64,000 nucleotides of DNA from Raja brachyura (taxonomy: Eukaryota): assembly GCA_963514005.1 (NCBI GenBank), contig OY740795.1:62001-126000 (forward strand), in the 5' to 3' direction. Of the stretch, positions 12,481 to 25,364 are shown piece after piece. The translations under genes and the position numbers were made by a program. Position 1 is the first letter of the stretch; the number at the start of each line of letters is the position of its first letter. Below the pieces are notes generated by a model. That model searched no databases. It was not told the origin of the DNA and worked only from the letters and a program-made list of their open reading frames with translations.

Positions 12481-12962
12481 GTTTCCTGATGAACCAGTGT
12501 GTGTTATTTGGACCAACGGACTGGTTAAAATGAACAAAAACGTACATCTGCTGGAAATCTGAAATGGAAAAAAAAGTTAATTAATTGAGGTATTAATCAG
12601 CCTGCCACAACGAGTTACTCCAGCATTTTGTGTCTACCTTCAATAATTGATCTGTAAGGCACACGCTGAGATCACATTCGACTGACCCTAACTTTCTGGG
12701 TCGAGTACGATATACACCTAGCAAATAGCATTGTTTTAGGGAGCAGAAATGACGAGCTCTAGCTGTCCCATAAATGGTAATTAAATTGTTTTGAAAATAA
12801 CCCACGCGGAAGTAATGGGTTAATTCGTTTAATTTAAAACGCTGGAGCTAGTTCATATTACCATTCATTTCTCCGGAGGGGGACATCGCCTACATAAAAG
12901 GAACGCTTATTCAGATTACAAAGGATCAGTCAGAGCCGGAGGAACGACTGAGTTCAACGAAA

Positions 12963-13032
12963 ATGCACGCTCCGCCAAAAGGTCTGCTTTATACAATCTA
13001 CTATATAATCCTCGCAGCTGTCGGCGTCCCTG
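12963..13032 (+). CDS. Exon 1 of class A GPCR (GPR139/GPR142-like)
   Basis: MHAPPKGLLYTIYYIILAAVGVP-g|gtaag is the first half of TM1. The phase-1 donor joins in frame to the acceptor at 15760. A TATA-like cataaaag lies about 65 nt upstream. Confidence 0.85.
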
Positions 13033-13119
13033 GTAAGATTTACTACCAGATTCATTTGAAGCTGGAAACAGTGAATATTTACGAGGATGGTGCTAGAACA
13101 AGAGGGTCTGACGTAACGG

Positions 13120-13530
13120 GAGAGGTTAAGCAGGCTGCGACTTTATTCCTTGGAGCACAGGAGGATGATGGGTGATCTTATATAGGTGTATAAAGTCCTG
13201 AAAGGAATAGATAGGCACATAATCTCCCAGAGTAGGCGAATCATGGACCAGAGAACATATGTTTAAGGTGAAGGGGAAAATATTTAATAGGAATTTGAGG
13301 GGTAACATTGTCATGCAGCGGGTGGTGGGTGTGTGGAACAAGCTCTCAGAGGAGATAGTTGAGACTGGGACTATCCCATCGTTTATGGAGCAGTTGGACA
13401 TGTATACGAATAGGACAGATATGGAGGGACATGGACCAAACGCGGGCAGATGGGACTCGTGCAGCTGCGACATTTCTGCCGGTGTGTGCAAGTTGGGCCG
13501 AAGGTCTTGTTTCCACGCTGTATCAATCTA
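13120..13530 (+). mobile_element. Old CR1 3' fragment in the GPCR intron
   Basis: FKVKGKIFNRNLRGN...QRVVGVWNKL. Confidence 0.75.
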
Positions 13531-15087
13531 TGGTTATTATTGCCAGCATGTCGCTGTTAACGTAATAACATCGGAATTATGGTTGAAAGCCCTCTACCCC
13601 AGTTTACACTGTACTCATGCCCACACCTCAGGAACTACCGCATTGCCGCCTTCTGGATTTTCTTTGTAATATGACTGTGAGAAACGGTCATATACAATAT
13701 TTCGCATTTCTGTAGTTACCACTGCTTTATCGGTGAAACATTCCGGAACCCGCACGGGTTCACGCTGCCATCCCTAGCACGGATTAAGTCGCATTTTCTG
13801 TATTCCAGATACTGGTTTTGATTTTTTTTTGTTTCGTATTTTCCTTTGGAAACCGGCCGATAATCTTTCCGCCTTGGGTCTTTGCAGCGACCCCCTAACA
13901 ATCCATTCTGGTGTCGTTAAACACTTGGCAGTTATTTTGGGCGCACGATAGCCCCTGAAACGTGGCTTTTCCCATAACTGGAATATCGAAGCAAATTTCG
14001 ATCACTCTGCCTTGTCAACCCTTTAAAACGATCAGCAACATGTTATCCATAATTTCTCCCTGCTCAGGAGAAGCCTAAAGACAGTTCAGTGGGACACGGT
14101 TTCACTCCATCATCCTGTGCGGCACAGAACAAAGTTACTCGGAAAAACAAAGTCCTAAACCATGAACTGTCATTTCAAAGAAAGGTTAAAGGGAGGTAAA
14201 TTATTCCTTTGGCTTTGAATAATTAACATTCAGAAAGCTTTCAAAAGTTGCATAATTCAATATTATACTTGTCATTTGCAGTTTGCTAACATTAATCTTC
14301 CACACTTTCATTTGAATATTTTACACTTTTCGGATAGGAGGCTCACATTTGCATAATGCCATGCCAGCGAATTTCATCAATTATTTACCATGATTAGTTT
14401 ACGTTTATTTCTATTCCACCTCGCCTCTCTCTGCGGTCTCACTGTCTGTCTGCCCGCCTGTCTGTCTTTCTCTATGCCTCTATGTTCATATGTGTGTCTA
14501 TCTGCCTCTCTGCCTGTCTGCCAATCAAAATGCCATCTATTTTTTCTGTCTGCCTCTCTCGGTCTATCTGTCTTTGCATTTCACATGAATGAAGTATTTG
14601 ATGCATTTTAGGTTATTTGTATTTTGCTGGAATATACGGGGTTTTTTCTTGGACTCGGAATCCGGAAACAAATTTAAAAAATAAGGAGTTTTTTTTCCTT
14701 CACTCTTTCCTCAGTCTGACAAAGATGTGAAAAAGACGCAAATATAATTGGAATGTTTTCTAATTTGTATCATCGCGGTAATTTCACCCACTTCACAAAA
14801 TTACGGCAGCATGCGAACTAATTTATTAATCAGCAGTGAACTCATTAATACTCTGCCAACGATAGTGTCGTGTCAGCTAAGGAACATGACTGACATTACG
14901 CGAATAGTCCCTGAACATCCCAAATTAGGGAAGAATCCATATGGCCCCTATGAGAGAAAGTGTTGCTCCTTACCCGCTCCGAAACGCATGGGTAATGTTG
15001 AGAAATGACTGCTTCTTCAATTCTGGCAAAATCAGGGCGATCAGTTAATGCCAGTGTTACCAAGGATTTGGTACATCATTTGACAGG

Positions 15088-15390
15088 TGGCACTGCGGCG
15101 TAACGATGGAGCTACTGCCTTCCAGCGCCAGAAACCCGAGTTCGATACTGACTTGTCTGGATGGAGTTTGTACGATCTCCCCGTGATCTGTGTAGGTTTT
15201 ATCCTAGGTCTTCGGTTACCACCCATATTCCAAATAGGCACAGGTTTGTATGTTAATTGACTTGGTATACAATGTAAATTGTCCATTGTGTGTGTGGTAG
15301 ATGTGTTAATATGCGGGGATCATTGGTCGGTCCATACTCGGTGGAGTGTCGGGCCTGTTTCCGCGCTGCATCTCTAAAACCGAAATACAA
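15088..15390 (+). mobile_element. tRNA-derived SINE (V-SINE/HE1-like)
   Basis: Same head, core (ggagtttgtacg.tctccccgtga) and tail (gggcctgtttccgcgctg.atctctaaa) as the other copies. Confidence 0.75.
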
Positions 15391-15760
15391 CCAAATACAA
15401 GAGCACATTCGATAATTAATACAGCGCCAGAGACCCGGGTTCGGTTCTGACTATGGGCGTTGTCTGTACGGACTTGGTACGTTCTCCATATTTTAAGGTG
15501 GAGTAGGTACCGGTAGGCGCCGTTGAAACTCGACTATGTGGTGGATGCGGACAACAATGTTGTGATTTGATGGTATTTGTTGGAAAATTGCAGTTTGGAT
15601 TTGTGTACTATTACATAAAATATAAATAGATATTAAAAGGTCCTGGTTAAGTAAACGAAAATATGGAGCAGATTAAAAGGGTCCGAATGACCATCTCACC
15701 CCTACTACATATTTTACGGTTCTTTCTTTGAAATTGTATTCCGCATGTGTTTTCTTGCAG

Positions 15761-16659
15761 CAAATGTGGTGACGGTGGCAATCCTTTCACAGGGAAAGTG
15801 CGGTCTCTCCAGCTGTGTCAGTCGTTACCTGGTGTCCATGGCGGTGACGGATCTGCTGGTCATTATCACCGCGGTGATACTCAGCCGGATCAGCGTCACT
15901 TACGCAGCGGGCAGTTTCCTGTCCATTACCCCGGCGTGCAGCCTGAGCAGTGTCCTAATTTATGCGGCCAGGGACAGTTCAGTATGGTTGACGGTCGCTT
16001 TCACTTTCGACCGATTTGTCGCCATTGCCGACCAGAAACTTAAAACAACTTACTGCACACAGAAGTCAGCCGCCGTGGTCATTGGCCTGGTCTGTGGTCT
16101 GAGCTGTTTAAAGAACATCCCATTTTATTTTATCTACAAGCCATCCTACGTAATTAATGGCGTCCCCTGGTACTGTAACGTGAAGTCAACCTTTTACAAT
16201 TTTCCAATGTGGAAGGCCTTTGACTGGATCGATTGCATTCTCACCCCTTGGCTCCCTTTCGTCTTAATCCTGCTGCTCAACGCTCTGACAGTAAGGCACA
16301 TTCTGTTCGCCAGCAGAGCCCGCAGGAGGCTTCGGGCGGGCGGACCGGTAGACAACCGGAGCGACCCGGAAAATGAGAGCCGCAAGAAGTCGATCATCTT
16401 ACTCTTTGCCATCTCCGGCAGTTTCATCCTCCTGTGGATGACGTACGTTGCAAACTTCCTCTACGTTGAAATCACCAAAGACACCTATTCCGCTGGATTT
16501 AACTTCAGAGACCCCAAGTTTGTGTTCAGGGAAGTGGGCAACATGTTGCAGCTCCTGAGTTCCTGCTCCAACACCTGCATTTATGCCGTGACCCAGACCA
16601 AATTTAGACAACAGATTAAGAATCTGGTCAAAATTCCTCTCCGTCTGTGTTTCCAATGA
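15761..16659 (+). CDS. Exon 2 of class A GPCR (GPR139/GPR142-like orphan receptor), 322 aa spliced product
   Basis: Acceptor ttttcttgcag. Seven hydrophobic helices, MAVTD in TM2, Cys at the top of TM3 and in ECL2 (WYC), DRF, and NTCIY as the NPxxY variant. Open to TGA at 16657-16659. Confidence 0.9.
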
Positions 16660-17092
16660 TATTAACAAAAACACTGCTGTACAGATTAGCTGCACGGCTT
16701 CAGAGAATTGTAACTGAACACCGAGGCCCCACATGCTCGTCTTAATTCCTTTATCCATGGCTTGTAACTAACTTCCTTCAAATGCCGATTCAACTCCACG
16801 CTGAATGATCCGATAGCGCTGCTTGCACGTCTCATACTGCTCCCTTTCTGGAGCGTTTCCGCGCTCAGAATAGAACATTCAGTCATTACTACACCCGTGC
16901 GAAACACAAATAAATTATTCAATCAATCTAAAGAATGTCTTGACACATTGCCTCCCCGTGTCCTCAAGAGATGCTGCGTTATCCACTGGGTTATTTCACC
17001 ATGTTATATTCTTCACAAGATTCCGGCATTTGCAGTTCCGTGTTCCCCATTCTACAATAAAGCTGCCTAAGTTTACTTCGCCGGTTTTCACG

Positions 17093-17369
17093 NNNNNNNN
17101 NNNNNNNNNNNNNNNNNNNNNNNNNNNNNNNNNNNNNNNNNNNNNNNNNNNNNNNNNNNNNNNNNNNNNNNNNNNNNNNNNNNNNNNNNNNNNNNNNNNN
17201 NNNNNNNNNNNNNNNNNNNNNNNNNNNNNNNNNNNNNNNNNNNNNNNNNNNNNNNNNNNNNNNNNNNNNNNNNNNNNNNNNNNNNNNNNNNNNNNNNNNN
17301 NNNNNNNNNNNNNNNNNNNNNNNNNNNNNNNNNNNNNNNNNNNNNNNNNNNNNNNNNNNNNNNNNNNNN
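17093..17369. other. Assembly gap (N run)
   Basis: Run of N adjacent to (tctg)n. Confidence 1.
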
Positions 17370-17589
17370 GCATTTCTGTCTGTCTGCCTGTCTGTCTGCC
17401 TGTCTATCTGTATGTTCATTTGTCGGTCCGCCTATGTGTCTGTTAATCTGTATCAGCATGTCTGTAAATCCATCTATGGTTGATCTTTATGCATCCTTTG
17501 TGATTTTTTTATTGTTAATGCCGCCATGTGTTGATGGCCCGTCGTTATTACTCGTGACCCTCCGTTCGCCACATACTGTATACGGACAA

Positions 17590-18095
17590 AGAGCAATGTA
17601 TATACGGAATTGACACAAAAACACTGGAGTAACTCAGCGAGACAGACAACATCTCTGGAGAGAAAGAATGGGTGAGGTTTCGGGTCGCAACCCTTCTCCA
17701 GACTGGTTCGGGATAAGGGAAATGAGAGATATAAAGGGCGATGTGGAGAGATAAAGAACAATGAATGAATGATATATGCAAAAGAGTAACAATGATAAAC
17801 GAAACAGGCTCTTTGTAGGATGAAAATGAGAAGCCAGTGCGAATTGGGAGGGAGAGGGATAGGGAGAACAGGAATGCCGGGCTACCTGAAGTGCGAGTAA
17901 TCACTACTCACACCACTGGGCTGTAAGCTGCACACGCGAAATATAAGATGCTGTTCCTCCGATTTGGGTTTATCCTTACTCTGACAATGGAGGGGATTGA
18001 CGACAGAAAGGTCTGTGCAGGAATGGGAAGGAGTATTAAAGTGTCCTGCAACCGGGAGATCAGGTTGGTTCACGCGGGCTGAGCGGAGGTGTTGT
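17590..18095 (-). mobile_element. Penelope-like element 3' end
   Basis: ORF 17882-18073 (QPDLPVAGHFNTPSHS...EEQHLIFRVCSLQPSG) is a GIY-YIG C-terminus, followed by a terminal repeat like 52238-52717. Confidence 0.8.
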
Positions 18096-19801
18096 AAGTT
18101 TACCTATTCTGCAATGAACTATTCTGCTAACTATTCGGCTGGGATTTGATACACCACAAAAAAAACTAAGCTGCGTCACAACTGGTCTTGTAGCTGATTT
18201 CTAGCAAACCGGCAACACAGATGGATTTTACGTCAATCCAACCGTCTGTGCAAAATTATATACTGTTTGGAAGCACATGCTATTCGATTGCGTGATTTTA
18301 TTTGCAGTACATTTATTTTTAATGCTGTGTGGGTCATTATAGCTAGACAACATAAATCATTTGTAGAGCGTCCAATCACTCCAGCCTTCCTTCAAGGAGA
18401 CAGGACCCGGGTTCCAGAATAAACCATTCTGTCTCTTGCGCCACAGGCTTACCCACATCATACCAAATACCACATAAGCACTTCGTAAATTAATATTTAC
18501 CTCAGATTTTCCATACCCACTCAGATACCGCCACCTCCACCCCGCCTCTGCAGCTCACGTTGCACTCCAAATTATGAAACTGGAAAATAATTACAAACTA
18601 GTAATCGAGTCACAGAATCATACAGTTACGCAGCGTGGAAACATGCCATTCGGCTAAACTTGCTCGGTCGGTCAACATGTCGCATCCATGTCGGTCTCAC
18701 CTGCCTGCGTTCCTCCCATGTCCCTCTAAACCTGTCCTATCCATGTACCTGTCTAATTGTTTCTCAAATGAGATAGTCCTGCTTCAACTACCTCCAGCAT
18801 TTCGTTCTATACACCCGTCATGTATTGTGTGAAAGGTTACCCCTCAGATTCCTATTCATTTTTCCCCATTCACCTTATACCTTAGTCCTCTGGTTCTCGA
18901 TTTCCCTACTCTGTGCAAGAGATGTTGTGCGTCTACTCTCATTGTTGTATACACCTCTATAAAAGAACCCCGATGGAAGTTTATAACATCACAAGAGACA
19001 TACATATTTTTGCCAAGTTTGAAATGTCAAAGACTACAGACCATCAAGTTTAGAGGCACAATGCTTAAAGGGGATGTGCGGGGCAGGTAATTCAGCAGGG
19101 GTGTTGTAGGTGCATAAACGCGCTGCCGGGGCTGAACTTGGAGGCGGATGTAGCAGTGGCATTTAATAGGGGCCTTAGATTGGCTGGGACGGAGGTGGAA
19201 TGTACCATGCCCTGGCATACGCGGTTGGTATATCCTGGTTCAGGTTCAGCAAATACAATACGGATCTAAAGGCCTGTTTCTGTTCTGTACTTGTCTATGT
19301 TTTAACCGATACCACTACAACATCCAATCATAGATACAGACAACGCGAGGGAACCGTTGCTTCAGTTGCTCACCACAAGAGCTGAACTATTAAATTCTGG
19401 TTTTCATTTTGTTTAGATTCAACTGACATCCTGCGGTATGTTTCCTTATGCATTGTAATTAATTCATCAAATGTTCAGTTGGGTGCGCGTGTGCGGAAAG
19501 TGAGTATCGAGGCTGACTTGTGCATATAAATAACGTTAGGAGGAATTGTATGTGTCCTCTGTCGAAGCTATTCGACGGTACGTAAAGAGAGAAGGATTTC
19601 TGAGTACTGCTATCAATCTGGTGCACCGAGTTGTGAAAGCGGGTGATGCTTTCAAACAACTGAATACACCCACCCGTATGAGTTGGTGAAGAGTCAATTA
19701 TAATGAGCTAACAGGTGCTTTAATAAATACCTCAATGAAACATGCTGTTCAGCCTCGCACAGACTCCCAGAGTTATCAAAAGTATGATTGTTGGTGTATA
19801 G

Positions 19802-20932
19802 TAGAAACACAGAAACATAGACACTAGGTGCAGGAGGACGCCAGTTGGCCCTTCGAAGCAGCACCGCCATTCATTATGATTATGGCTGATCGCCGCGTAG
19901 CCATAGCCCGTGCCTGACTTCTCCCCATATCCCTTGACTCCACTAGCCCATATAGCTTTATCTAACTCTATCTTAAATCCATCCAGTGACCTGGCCTCCA
20001 CGGCCCTCTGTTGCAGGGAATTCTATAAATTCACAACTCTCTGGGTGAAAAAGTTTTTTCTCACCTCAGTCTTAAATGACCTCCCCTTTATTCATAGACT
20101 TTGGCCCCTGGTTATGGACTCGCCCCTCATTGGGAACATTTTTCCTGCATCTAGCTTGTCCAGTCATTTTATAGTGTTATATGTTTCTAAAAACGCCCCT
20201 CGTCCTTCTAAACTCCAGTGAATACAAACCTAGTCGTTTCAATCTTTCGTCATATGACAGTCCCGCCATCCCAGGGATCAATCACGTGAACCTACGCTGC
20301 ACAGCCTCAATAACAAGGATGTCCTTCCTCAAAATAGGAGACCAAAACTGTACACAATACTCCAGATGTGGTCTCACCAGAGCCTCATACAACTGCAGAA
20401 GAACCTCTTTACTCTATACTGAAATTGTCTTGTTATGAAGGCCAACATTCCGTAAGCTTTCTTCACTGCCTGCTGTACGCCCAGGTATCGCTGCACCTCT
20501 CCTTACCTAACATAACCCCATTGAGATAATAATCTGCCCCCTTGTGTTTGCCGCCAAAGTGGATAACCTCACATTTATCTATATTATACTGCATTTGCCA
20601 CGCATCTGCCCACTCGCTCAACCTGTCCAGGCCCCCGTGCAACCTCCTAACATCCTCTTCACAGTTCTCACTGCCACCCACCTTTGTGTCATCGGCAAAC
20701 TTGCTAGTGTTGCTCCTAATGCCCGCTTCCAAATCATTAATATATAAAGTAAACAGTTGCGGCCCCAACACCGAGCCTTGCGGCACTCCACTCGCCACTG
20801 CCTGCCATTCTGAAAAGGCCCCGTTCACTCCTATTCTTTGCTTCCGGTCTGCCAACCAATTTCCTATCCATGTCAACACCCTACCCCAAATACCATGTGC
20901 TCTAATTTTAGCCACCACTCTCCCGTGCGGGT
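19802..20932 (-). mobile_element. CR1 LINE, 5'-truncated (RT C-terminal half)
   Basis: ORF 20463-21008 contains [10 protein letters not shown]...FADDTK, and the element has a (tagaaaca)n tail. Confidence 0.9.
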
Positions 20933-21900
20933 CCGGGCTTAGTAGAAAAGCGGCAAAGCAGAAAGCAACACGGGCGGTTTGGATAGAGCAACGCCCAATC
21001 AAGTACAATGTTGAAGTCTATATTAGTAATGCTGAGGATTATAATACAATTGTTGGATAGGTAGTGAGAAAAAACATCATATTTGACAGGCAGGTCCCCT
21101 TTGGTACAAGCAGTTGGGGAATTCCCTCTGATTCTATCGGGGAACACCGCCCCTGCTCCCCGTTATCGAATAACTAACATCGTCAAGCGCCAACGCCAGA
21201 TTCATTGGGCACCTGAAACAAACCCTTCGGCCAATAATGTCTGCACCGAACATCGCTGTGCGTCCCCCCCCCCCCCCTCCCACAAATTCCTTCCATATCC
21301 ACCTGACAATAGTACTTGGCCTATCGGACCATAAATAACAGTACATTCAAGGCACCCATCATTCATTGTTTTAAGAGGTAGCCTCGCTGACTTCTTCAAA
21401 CTCTGCCCCTCTCACCTTAAGAGTATGCCCGCTCCACTTTCTAAATTCCGCCCTGGGGAAAAGGCTTCCGACTCCCTCCACTATCCATGTCTCTCATAAT
21501 CTTGTATATTTTATATAGTTATACCACGTTTGGTCCCCGTAATGAAAAAAAATGGAATCGGCTCCATCCCAATCACGGTTCTGGCTACAAATGCAGCTCA
21601 CGATGACCGTGTGGATTTCCTCCGGATGTTCTGGTTTCATCCCTCGTGCTAAAGACGCGCATATCTATAGGCAAATTAGCTGATTAGTTAATTGCACCAA
21701 GTGTGTATGTTGAATAATCTTAGGGGGTGTGGTCGATGGGAATATGGGGAAAATACAATGGGATTAACCTGGGAATTATTATAACTGGGTGGTTTATGGC
21801 CAGGTCGGGCTCGATGGGCCGACGAGCCGTATTTTCTATGACTGTGTAACTCTACGCCTTCTTTCATTGGTATTCCATGTGCTTACAAAAGAGAAACTGA

Positions 21901-21939
21901 TGTTTTTGTACGGCGTCGCCTTTGCTGTGTACGACTGTG
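21901..21939 (-). promoter_or_regulatory. 23-RSS (cacagtc-23-acaaaaaca) of the supporting V-delta
   Basis: Heptamer 21939-21933, 23-nt spacer, nonamer 21909-21901. Confidence 0.85.
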
Positions 21940-22251
21940 TGGAGCGAGGCTGGAGTGCACAGTGATATACAGCAGTGTCGCTGATTTGTGCTTTGGGGAT
22001 CACGAGCAAAACCATTTTCTCAGACAGTTCGTGCAAAGCACCAATCTGGTCCCCGGGATCCTCTTCTTCGTCTCCCGCACCTGATGTGAGTATGCTAAGC
22101 AGATACGTCTGTGCTTGCCCTGGTGAGTGTCGGTACCAGAATACATTATGGTGACATTAACCTGAATATACACACGTTAAGGTAACACGGCGTCCGGCAT
22201 CGGCGAACTACACGTGCGGGTTCTGATGTAGGCTGAATTTCCATTCCAGAT
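21940..22251 (-). pseudogene. Leaderless NAR-TCR 'supporting' TCR delta V, pseudogene
   Basis: After the ctgcag acceptor: DLEWKFSLHQNPHV*FADAGRRVTLTCVYSG*CHHNVFWYRHSPGQA...ISDTAVYHCALQPRS. It has an extra CDR1 Cys (22156-22154) and stops at 22210 and 22159. No leader is seen, and the phase matches the upstream J donor. Confidence 0.85.
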
Positions 22252-23171
22252 CTGCAGAATGAGAGTGCAAGGAAATCATTGTCTTGTACAGAGGAGGCAT
22301 TTCTCAGTCATTTCACTTAAAGACCTTCGAAGAAAAACGTCTCTTGGGATTATTTCCGTTTCAACAAACAGGAACAACAGTGCTGGCTCGAAGTGCCGAA
22401 TGGCCTACTCCTGCACATATCTGTCTTTGTTTTTAGTGTTAAACGCATATTTGCGAGCCTGCTTTGCCTCCCCAACGAGAGAGAATATAAATCAACTGTA
22501 CGATTTACCGACGGGAATGACAGGCCTATTATTGGAGCAGCGCGGCATCCAGTTCTCAACCATTGTCCACTTGGACATTAGGAGCTTAAAACCGGAGTCC
22601 CACATACAGTTTGATCACAGGTGATGTTGGAAGTTCAACCTGACTTGGAAGCCACACAGTTCTTCTACAATTTAAGGACAACGGGCAATTTGGTCTGTGG
22701 GGAAGATATGGGCCGAAGCGCCTGTTGCCGTGAACTACGACTCTGATTCTATTACAGCATTGCATGTTACTTTTACATTTTAGGTAGTTTTAGTTAACTT
22801 CCAATTTGCAGTCATTATCTTTGTAACAAACCTGAAATGTCGCGGAACAGTCTTCTTCTTCTTCATTTCCCAATTCTGAAGAAGGTATGATGACGAGAAA
22901 CGCTGACTGTTTCCTCTTTCCACAGATTGAGGACTCACAGTCCCCTCACCCAGCTCCACTCTCTGCCTCTGTTCCCTAATAGCCCAGCGCTATTTCCTCT
23001 TAATATTGGCTAACATTACATCAACTTTGCAAAGCAGTCGATTTTCCGTTACACTTGTTTTAACATCAACCTACATTAACAACCTTGCTCTCGTTCAACC
23101 GCTAACCAACGCTCATTCAACGAACCGGAAGAGCTACCAGCATAGTCAAGAGCGAGTCTCACCCAGGTCAC

Positions 23172-23942
23172 TCCATTATCTCAAAGGAGTTAGGTTAGGT
23201 AAGTGTAAGATACAGCGAGACCCGGGTGTTCTTGTATACCGGTCACTTAAAATTGACGTGCAGGTACAGCAGGCAGTGAAGAAAGCTAATGGAATGTTGG
23301 CCTTCATAACACCAGGATTTCAGTATAGGAGCAGTGAGGTTCTTCTGCGGTTATGTAGGGCACTAGTGAGACTGCGTCTGGAGTATTGCGTACAGTTTTA
23401 TTCTCCTAATTTTAGGAAAAACTTCCTTGTGATTGCGGCAGTGCAGCGTCGGTTCACGAGATTGATACCTGGGATTGCGGGACTGTCATATGAGGAAAGA
23501 TTGAAAAGAATATGCTTGCATTCACTGGAGTTTGGAAGGATGAGCGGGATTCTTATAGAACCATATACAATTATAAATGTACTGGGTAAGCTAGATGCAG
23601 GGAAAATGTACCCAATGTTGGGCGAGCCCGGAACCAGGCGCCACAGTCTTGGAATAAAGGGGAGGCCATTTAAGACTGAGGTGAGAAGAAACTTTTTCAC
23701 CCAGAGAGTTGTGAATTTGTGGAATTCCCTGCCACAGAGGGCAATAGAGGCCAAATCACTGGATGTATTTAAGAGAGCGTTAAATAGAGCTCTAGGGGCT
23801 AGTGGAATCAATGGATATGGGGGGCAGGCGGGCACGGGTTATTGATTGGGGACGATCAGCCATGATCGCAATAAATGGCGGTGTTGGCTTGAAGGGCGGC
23901 ATGGTCTCCTTCTGCACCTATTTTCTACGTCTCTATGTTTCT
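23172..23942 (+). mobile_element. CR1 LINE 3' fragment in the J-to-supporting-V intron
   Basis: The C-terminal part of ORF 23006-23845 is the CR1 ORF2 tail (LEYCVQF...FFTQRVVNLWN). Confidence 0.9.
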
Positions 23943-24229
23943 CCCCTTTTCCCATCAGAAAAGAGGCACAGTCGTGTGCAAACGCATCCCTCCAGATTCA
24001 ACTACAGTTTCTTCCAAGCTGAACCATCTGGGAAGGCAACTGCACCATTTGAGGCATCTGAAACCAGCATAACAACAACAAGATAATGGTCGTTAGCTAC
24101 TATTCACCAAATTGAAGACAATTGGGCAATCGTCACTGTTACATTACTGGAATGTGTCTGGAAATAAATGTTATGCTCTGTATCGTGTATAAGTATACTG
24201 AGCAAATAACCATCAATTTATGCAAACGT

Positions 24230-24610
24230 GCAGGAAAGAGCTGCAGATGCTGGTTTATACCTAAGATCGACACAACATGCTGGTGAAATTCAGTGGCCAG
24301 GCACCATATTCAGCGAGAAGGAATATATGACGATTCTGGTCGAAAACTTTCTTCATGCTGAAAGATAGGGAAGACCAGAACAAAACGGGCCGGCAACAGA
24401 CGACCTCAGGAAGAATAGAATATATATTGGCCCATTGTTGGCTGAGAGTGTGCTGACGACATTGATACAATGATACGAATAGTGGAACTAGTAGAATGAC
24501 TAGGGCGGGGGAGGGACAATGAGAGGGCGGGGGAAGGAATGCAGGAGTTACTCGAAAGTAGAAAAAAAAATCAACGTTCTTACCGCTGGGTTGTAAGCTG
24601 CCCAAGCGAT
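24230..24610 (-). mobile_element. Degenerate PLE terminal-repeat element
   Basis: gagctgcagatgctgg...gggttgtaagctgcccaagcg is similar to 17590-18095. Confidence 0.55.
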
Positions 24611-24918
24611 TTTTCGAGTGCAGAGTTACAACTTTTTATCGTAGACCTTCATAAATATTTGAACAATTAGTGGTCCAATTGAAACAAATAAATATGCAAT
24701 TCTTGCAAATTGCCAACCTCTAGAATGCCTCGTCATTCCGCGATATTTGCGTATTTTACAGTATCGCGATTACGTTAATTTTCGAACAGAGAAACTAAGC
24801 TTGGAAGGCAAATCTCCTGACAGCGGTTTCCATTGCGGACTTTGTCAAACTTACCAAAACTAATGGTTTCTGTGAACGTGTGATGAATTGCGAAAGGGCG
24901 ATGTTGGGGTGGACTTAC

Positions 24919-24984
24919 CAGATGTCACAGTCACCACCGTCCCGGTTCCATCCACATACTCAGATTTCTCTCCCCAGGCAGACA
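24919..24984 (-). other. NAR-TCR J segment
   Basis: SAWGEKSEYVDGTGTVVTVTS-g|gtaagt, with a NAR-like xGxGT motif instead of FGxG. It is open and preceded by a 12-RSS. Confidence 0.88.
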
Positions 24985-25012
24985 CACACTGCTTGCAATC
25001 AGCACAATATCC
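24985..25012 (-). promoter_or_regulatory. 12-RSS of J (ggatattgt-12-cagtgtg)
   Basis: Heptamer 24985-24991, 12-nt spacer, nonamer 25004-25012. Confidence 0.85.
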
Positions 25013-25324
25013 TTGCAGCTCGGCCGACAATGGTTGAACGGTGTAGACCAGGAATCCCGGTTCCAGTCTTTGGAGCAACGTCCTGTCTCGTGTCGGAAGA
25101 AGGGAAATTACATGTTTAGTTCCTGTTAAACAGCTGTTATTTGCAATCCCCTTCGATGACGAATCCCGCGCAAAGCAATCCTCCTTGGCAAACGCAACAT
25201 GTGTACTGCAACGTCCTTTCGCCTTTTAGGCAAAAAAACAATTAGAGGTATAAACGCGAGTCGTGGACCTTGGAGGTGGATTAATTTCCAAGTCAAGTCC
25301 ATTAATTTCCTGTCAAGCAGTGGG

Positions 25325-25364
25325 AGTTTTTGTGAAGGGAAAGTGGCAGATTCGCAACAGTGTG
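25325..25364 (-). promoter_or_regulatory. Two-turn RSS of the NAR-like V (cacactg-24-acaaaaact)
   Basis: Heptamer 25364-25358 and nonamer 25333-25325; the spacer counts 24 nt. Confidence 0.8.

Noticed and set aside
15745-15760. ATG at 15745 as the GPCR start (single-exon gene)
   Set aside because: It lies in the polypyrimidine tract/acceptor and would truncate TM1; exon 1 at 12963-13032 completes TM1 in frame.
23006-23845. 279-aa ORF as a host gene
   Set aside because: It is a CR1 ORF2 tail with chance upstream read-through.
25013-25324. Possible D segment near the caaaaaaac run at about 25231
   Set aside because: There is no CAC-starting heptamer at 12 or 23 nt from any nonamer-like run.
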